A stretch of 64,000 bases of DNA, taken from the NCBI GenBank assembly GCA_007695005.1, contig REEQ01000042.1:2146-66145 (forward strand), given 5' to 3'. Every line of letters starts with the position of its first letter. Position 1 is the first letter of the stretch. The DNA is from Wenzhouxiangellaceae bacterium. GTDB lineage: Bacteria > Pseudomonadota > Gammaproteobacteria > Xanthomonadales > Wenzhouxiangellaceae. Made by a program: the position numbers and the translations under genes. Positions 59,333-64,000 of the stretch are shown piece after piece. Below the pieces are notes generated by a model, which was not told where the DNA came from, ran no database searches, and was given only the letters and a program-made list of their open reading frames with translations.

Positions 59333-59659
59333 TCAGCGAGGGCAGCGGTAGATCAGAAATCTGCGCTGACCATCGCGAACCGGTCCATCAGCCACGAGCG
59401 TGTTGCCGCCCAGCTCTGCCGCGCTGTTGCGAGCCAGGGTTTCGAGCTCTTCTTCAACGCGGCCAGGGCGTCGCTGCACCGCAGCCACCCGGTCACGAAC
59501 CGAGGTCGTGGTCTGGCCGATTCGTTCGCACTGTCCAACCTGGGTTGCGGTGCGAACCACAACATCATCCGCCCCTGCTTCCGGCTTGACCCAGGTACAG
59601 CCGCTCAGGCCAAGCCCAAGCGCCAGCGGCACACCCACAGCAAGGAGAACAATACGCAT
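59333..59659 (-). CDS. DUF4156-like lipoprotein
   Basis: MRIVLLAVGVPLALGLGLSGC lipobox. Conserved Cys pair and an ARNSAAELGGNTLV segment. Start at 59659. Confidence 0.7.
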   Translation of the reverse strand: MRIVLLAVGVPLALGLGLSGCTWVKPEAGADDVVVRTATQVGQCERIGQTTTSVRDRVAAVQRRPGRVEEELETLARNSAAELGGNTLVADGPVRDGQRRFLIYRCPR

Positions 59660-59839
59660 AAAGATTTTCCTCAGGCCAGGCAAATTGCAGCGCTCATTGG
59701 ACAGCCAACGCCAGCAAGGTTCCATTATCCTGATTCCCACCTACGAACAAAACTGCAGCCTGGCCCAGCGCAGGTGCCGTTTGTCGCAGGCAAGAAGTGC
59801 TGCTCACCTGCTTGCCCGGAAACCGTCAAGCGCGTGAAG

Positions 59840-61012
59840 TCACGAGGCCAGGATCTTTCTCCTGACCGGCAGACTGATCCAGACTCCCGCCACCATCGCC
59901 AGCGCAAACAGCCAGCCGGATACTGCCAGGGCGGAGATGCCTGACAGCAGGGTGCCGACACTGCATCCTAAGGCAATCATCGAGCCGAAGCCGAGCAGCA
60001 CGCCGCCCAGTGACGCGGAAACCAGGGTGCGCAGCGGCTTCCTTTCCAAACGGAACTGTTGGGCAAGCAGTGCTGCGGCCAAGGCGGCGGCAATCATGGC
60101 GAGGACGAAGATCCCGTTGTTGCCAATGCGTTGTGCGGTTTCGCTGACGATGCAGCCGGCAAGGCGATCCAGCCCTTCCAGTCGCTCGGGGACGAGTCCT
60201 AAAGCGGTGCCGAGATCTCGCGAATGGCGGCTGAGTTCGGCGGTGACGCCCAAAGGATCGGCACGCAGGTACATCGCCGTGCCAATGAGCCCAACGCTCA
60301 AGCCGCCAACCCAGCTTGGCCAGCGTTCCACCATGACTCGGCGCCAGAGTCCCGCCAGGCTGTTGTCCGCCGAGACCAGACTTGCGGCTGATGGCCGAAC
60401 TCGGGACAGCAGCCAGACGCCCAGCACGCCTAGAACCATCAGCTGCAGTGCGCCGGCGCCGGCGTAACCCAGACTGGCCGGCAACCAGATGGCCTCGGCA
60501 TCGGCCAGGGTCGGCGACCAGAGGCGGTTCCAGACGGCAAATCCGAGCATGAAGCCGGCCACCGCCCCGGCCAGGGCAAACAGCGAGGCCCATGAACCTT
60601 CACCCAGCCGATACAGGTGGGCCGACAAGCAGGAGCCGGACAGGCTCATGCCGATCCCAAAGCACAGCCCGCCGAGCACCACTACCCAGCTCACCGGGCC
60701 GATATGGGCCCGCGGTGGCAGAAAGCCGGCGGTTGGATCGGGTACCCAGGCGCCGAACAGAATCAGGTAGCCCAGCGTGCCGACGATCAGCGCGGCAATG
60801 ATGCCAAGCACGCCGCTGGCATCGCCTTCTTCCATCCATTCGCGCAGGATGCAGAAGAAACAGAAGCGGGAGCGCTGCAACACAAAGCCGAAGGCCGCAC
60901 CGCAGATCAACACGAACGAGGTCTGTCGGCCAAGGGATTCGTGCAGCTGGAAGCCCATCCAGATCAGGGTCGCGAGTATGGCCAGAGCGAGCAGATGGCG
61001 AAGCAGGAGCAT
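59840..61012 (-). CDS. YeeE/YedE family sulfur-compound (thiosulfate) transporter, duplicated domain
   Basis: 390 aa, polytopic, with two YeeE/YedE halves that each carry conserved Cys-containing segments (GSC, GCS). Confidence 0.82.
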   Translation of the reverse strand: MLLLRHLLALAILATLIWMGFQLHESLGRQTSFVLICGAAFGFVLQRSRFCFFCILREWMEEGDASGVLGIIAALIVGTLGYLILFGAWVPDPTAGFLPPRAHIGPVSWVVVLGGLCFGIGMSLSGSCLSAHLYRLGEGSWASLFALAGAVAGFMLGFAVWNRLWSPTLADAEAIWLPASLGYAGAGALQLMVLGVLGVWLLSRVRPSAASLVSADNSLAGLWRRVMVERWPSWVGGLSVGLIGTAMYLRADPLGVTAELSRHSRDLGTALGLVPERLEGLDRLAGCIVSETAQRIGNNGIFVLAMIAAALAAALLAQQFRLERKPLRTLVSASLGGVLLGFGSMIALGCSVGTLLSGISALAVSGWLFALAMVAGVWISLPVRRKILAS

Positions 61013-61023
61013 GGGTCAGGGCG

Positions 61024-61078
61024 GGAAAAGGGGAGCAGGGAAACAGGGGAGCAGCGGAACAGGAAACGGGGAGGCGGT
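61024..61078. repeat. Polypurine box GGGAAAAGGGGAGCAGGGAAACAGGGGAGCAGCGGAACAGGAAACGGGGAGGCGG
   Basis: Sits immediately upstream (11 nt) of the yeeE-like start. On the gene strand it gives a CU-rich leader with no Shine-Dalgarno sequence. Confidence 0.65.
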
Positions 61079-61093
61079 TGGGCCGCCTCCCCT
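61058..61093 (-). terminator. Hairpin terminator candidate after the rhodanese gene
   Basis: Perfect 10-bp stem GGGGAGGCGG-ttggg-CCGCCTCCCC (61069-61093). On the minus strand it is followed by GTTTCCTGTT. Confidence 0.5.
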
Positions 61094-61107
61094 GAAGGCT
61101 CAAATGC

Positions 61108-62019
61108 TCAGGTGCCGGTCCAGATGCGCCCGGCCGGGTTGGTGATCGGCACGCCGACGGCGTTGCCGTATTCGGTCCATGAGCCGTCGTAGTTGCGAAC
61201 CTCGTAGCCGAGCAGGTGCTTGAGCAGGAACCAGGTGTGACTGGAGCGCTCACCGATGCGGCAGTAGGTGATGATGGGGCGAGAGCCGTCGACGCCAGCT
61301 TCGGCGTACAACGCGCGCAACTCTTCGACGGAGCGGAAGCTGCCGTCATGCTCGTTGACCGCCTTGTGCCAGGGAACATTCACCGCGCCGGGAATGTGCC
61401 CTGCACGGACGGCAAGTTCCTGCACGCCGGCCGGGGCGATCACTCTGCCGTTGAACTCGTCGGCCGAGCGAATATCGATCAGGTCCGCTTCCCTGGTCCC
61501 TTCCACCACCGCCAGCACGTCGGCAAGGCGGGCTCGCAGCTCGGGACGGGGCTGAGTGATCTGGTACTCGGTCCGACGATGGCTGACCGGAACAGTGGAT
61601 AGCGGGCGGCGCTCCAGCTCCCATTTCTTGCGGCCGCCGTCGAGCAGGCTGACTCGATCATGACCGAACTGGTTGAAAACCCAGGCGCCCCAGGCGGCAA
61701 ACCAGTTGTTGTTGTCGCCGTAGAGCACGACCCGAGTATCGGCGGTGACGCCGGCTTCGGACAGCAGCTGAGCGAAGCGCTCCGGCGCTACCAGGTCGCG
61801 GCGAACCGTGTCGACAAGGTCGGTATGCCAGCGAAGGTTGACCGCGCCGGGGATATGTCCCTGTTCGAAAATGCCCGGGTTCACGCTGACCTCGACGACG
61901 CGAACGTTCGGATTGTTCAAATTGGCTGCCAGCCATTCGGTGTTGACCAGTGGCTGGTCCGCGATGACCAAAGTGAAAGGCAGCAAGGCCGCCAGCAGAA
62001 TCAGGATTTTTGACTTCAT
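61108..62019 (-). CDS. Exported thiosulfate/3-mercaptopyruvate sulfurtransferase (tandem rhodanese)
   Basis: Two rhodanese domains. Active-site loop CRIGERS. Start at MKSKILILLAALLPFTLVIA (62019), giving a signal peptide. Confidence 0.85.
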   Translation of the reverse strand: MKSKILILLAALLPFTLVIADQPLVNTEWLAANLNNPNVRVVEVSVNPGIFEQGHIPGAVNLRWHTDLVDTVRRDLVAPERFAQLLSEAGVTADTRVVLYGDNNNWFAAWGAWVFNQFGHDRVSLLDGGRKKWELERRPLSTVPVSHRRTEYQITQPRPELRARLADVLAVVEGTREADLIDIRSADEFNGRVIAPAGVQELAVRAGHIPGAVNVPWHKAVNEHDGSFRSVEELRALYAEAGVDGSRPIITYCRIGERSSHTWFLLKHLLGYEVRNYDGSWTEYGNAVGVPITNPAGRIWTGT

Positions 62020-62098
62020 TTCGCAAAAGCTCGTGTTCAGGAGTGATGGGCAAAGCCTAGGGGCTATCTTGGCCTGAAACAAAGAACGCTTGCGAATA

Positions 62099-62126
62099 AC
62101 GATATGCCGCGACTCGACGATATGCC
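62099..62126. promoter_or_regulatory. Direct 10-nt repeat in the divergent promoter region between the rhodanese and CysK-like genes
   Basis: ACGATATGCC at 62099-62108 and again at 62117-62126 (18-nt periodicity). Confidence 0.4.
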
Positions 62127-62179
62127 TGCGCTTGAGCGCCTAGACTGCAGGTTCTGGACAAACTGATATTTCTCCCGCC

Positions 62180-63181
62180 ATGACTACTCGAGTTGATTTC
62201 CTCGACGCCGTTGGCCGAACGCCGCTGATCCGATTGCGCCACGCCTCGGAACTGACCGGCTGCGAGATCTACGGCAAGTGCGAGTTCATGAATCCCGGCG
62301 GTTCTGTAAAGGACCGAGCGGCGAAGTACATGCTCCTTGATGCCCTTGAAGCGGGTCTCATCGAGCCCGGCGGCGTCGTCGTCGAAGGCACGGCGGGCAA
62401 CACCGGCATTGGTCTGACCCTGGCCGGCAACGCGTTGGGTCTGAAGACCATCATCGTCATGCCCGAGACCCAGTCCGAGGAAAAGAAATCAGCGCTGCGC
62501 GGCATGGGTGCGGATTTGCGAACCTTTCCCGCCGTTCCTTACAGGAATCCCGATAACTACGTTCACCAGGCCAGACGACTGGCGGAGTCCCTGAGCGACG
62601 ATCACGGCGTTTTCTACGCCAACCAGTGGGACAATCTGTCCAATCGCGAAGGCCACATGCGCTCGACTGCGCCGGAGATCTGGGAACAGCTGGCTGGTCG
62701 AATTGATGGCTTCAGCTGCGCGGTGGGCACGGGCGGAACGCTGGCCGGGGTATCGCTTTGGTTGAAGCAAAAGCGCAGCGATATCGTCATTGCCGCTGCC
62801 GACCCCGACGGCGCCGGCATCTACAGCTGGATCAAGCACGGTGAAATGCGTTCTTCTGGCAGTTCGATCACCGAAGGTATCGGTCAAAACCGGGTGACCG
62901 GCAATCTCGAGGGCGCAAAAATTGATGACGCATTCAATATCCCGGATCGCGAGCTGGTGCCCGTGCTGTGGGACTTGATCGGCAGAGAGGGCCTGTATCT
63001 GGGCGCATCCAGCGGCATCAACGTGGCCGGGGCCATCCGGCTGGCTCGCCAAATGGGGCCGGGACACCGCATCGTCACCATTCTTTGCGACTCGGCCAGT
63101 CGCTACGAATCGCGCCTTTTCAACCCGGATTTTCTGCGCGAGCGCGACCTGCCCCTGCCGCCCTGGCTGTCGACCGTTTAG
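62180..63181 (+). CDS. PLP-dependent cysteine synthase family protein (CysK/CysM-like)
   Basis: GGSVKDRAA (PLP lysine), GTAGNTGIGL, GTGGTLAG. Confidence 0.85.
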   Translation: MTTRVDFLDAVGRTPLIRLRHASELTGCEIYGKCEFMNPGGSVKDRAAKYMLLDALEAGLIEPGGVVVEGTAGNTGIGLTLAGNALGLKTIIVMPETQSEEKKSALRGMGADLRTFPAVPYRNPDNYVHQARRLAESLSDDHGVFYANQWDNLSNREGHMRSTAPEIWEQLAGRIDGFSCAVGTGGTLAGVSLWLKQKRSDIVIAAADPDGAGIYSWIKHGEMRSSGSSITEGIGQNRVTGNLEGAKIDDAFNIPDRELVPVLWDLIGREGLYLGASSGINVAGAIRLARQMGPGHRIVTILCDSASRYESRLFNPDFLRERDLPLPPWLSTV

Positions 63182-63936
63182 AGAGCGCCGGTCTCATCCA
63201 TGCCGGGTTGGGCGAAGTAGTAGCCCTGAAACAGCTTGATCCCGGCATTTTGCAGCCAGCGAAATTCCTCGGCGCTTTCCACGCCGGCGGCCATCATTTC
63301 AATACCTCGGTCGGCGCACAGGGCGAGGGTGCCGCGAACAATCGCCTGGGCCTGGCGAGAGCGGTGGATACCATGCACCAGGTGATGGTCAAGCTTCAGA
63401 AGGCTGGGCTCGAGGTAGGCAATGGGCTTGAGGTCGGCATTGCGGCGGCCAAAGTTGTCCGCCAGTACATGGAAACCGGCGTTGCGAATCGCCTTGCGAA
63501 TCTCGGCCAGGTGGCTGTTCTGAGCCACCATGTTGAGATTGCCAAGTTCGAGTACGATCTGGTCGGGGCGTATGCTGTGCTGGCTGGCCATGTGCAGACA
63601 GACGTCGATCACCTCACCGATGTTGTTCAGCTTGACGTCACTGCAGTTGAGATGAAGCATGCCTTCGACGCCGAAGCGGGCCGCAGCCTCGATCGCCCGG
63701 ATGCGGCAGGCCTGGTCGAAATCGAAGCGCTGGTCGTGGCTGATCCGACTGATGACTGTGGCTGCCGGCTCACCATCGATGCCTCGCACCAGGGCTTCGA
63801 AGCCGACAACTTCCTGTGCGCTGGCGTCGATGATGGTCTGGAAGGCGAAGTTGATGTCGCTGCCTACCAGGCGCTCACAGGCCTCGATTCGGGCTGCAAC
63901 GGCATCGCGCCCCTGTACCTTGCGAACTTCATTCAT
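63178..63936 (-). CDS. Stand-alone EAL-domain protein (putative c-di-GMP phosphodiesterase)
   Basis: GFEALVRG, DNFG, KLD, AAGVES, QGYYFAQP motifs. The usual ExxE segment reads ELGN. Convergent 4-nt overlap with the CysK-like gene. Confidence 0.8.
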   Translation of the reverse strand: MNEVRKVQGRDAVAARIEACERLVGSDINFAFQTIIDASAQEVVGFEALVRGIDGEPAATVISRISHDQRFDFDQACRIRAIEAAARFGVEGMLHLNCSDVKLNNIGEVIDVCLHMASQHSIRPDQIVLELGNLNMVAQNSHLAEIRKAIRNAGFHVLADNFGRRNADLKPIAYLEPSLLKLDHHLVHGIHRSRQAQAIVRGTLALCADRGIEMMAAGVESAEEFRWLQNAGIKLFQGYYFAQPGMDETGAL

Positions 63937-64000
63937 TCAATGTCCCCTGCGTGAACGACTGCCAGACGGCTGACCATCCTTCATGGTACCCCGAGCGAGG

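Overview
GC-rich, gene-dense chromosomal segment, most likely from a gammaproteobacterium. The sucCD-next-to-pilSR arrangement resembles Xanthomonadales/Lysobacterales; that taxon call is inference only. I support about 54 protein genes, nearly all housekeeping or core metabolism. They include an acyl-CoA ligase fragment, a LivK-like binding lipoprotein, an MFS transporter, an octaheme cytochrome c, an OMP and dnaE2. Next come an ECF sigma factor with a Ser/Thr kinase and an MscS channel, then cbpAM, fadH, hflKC and mtnBDC. After those are a TetR regulator with an aldehyde dehydrogenase, dsbB, class II DAHP synthase, mdh, ggt, egtDB, pilSR, sucCD, nadE and aceK. A DUF805 gene, a PAP2/DUF1206/lipid-kinase group, an aminotransferase, uvrB and phaZ follow. 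The last part holds a PLP-enzyme/M20/PLD operon, three tandem exported amidohydrolase paralogs, a YeeE-rhodanese pair, a CysK-like gene and an EAL protein. By eye I found no rRNA, tRNA, CRISPR array, transposase, integrase, phage gene or recognisable defence gene. No complete novel system can be demonstrated from sequence alone. The features not explained by ordinary annotation are these. (1) A dispersed family of 35-60 nt polypurine/polypyrimidine boxes (GGTGAGAGG...GGGAARAGG) lies in intergenic regions, and a ~100 nt two-armed copy sits in frame inside dnaE2. (2) In the translationally coupled operon of three exported amidohydrolase paralogs, only the middle one keeps the HxH metal motif. 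(3) An ECF sigma factor, a TPR Ser/Thr kinase and an MscS-like channel are packed like one operon, with cbpAM just downstream. (4) A membrane-anchored octaheme cytochrome c has no redox partner nearby and is followed by an unassigned ~430 bp gap. (5) A ~160 nt nested inverted repeat lies between fadH and hflC. (6) dnaE2 and uvrB both have a -10-like hexamer 5-6 nt before the ATG and no Shine-Dalgarno sequence. All functional interpretations are hypotheses and need database searches or experiments.
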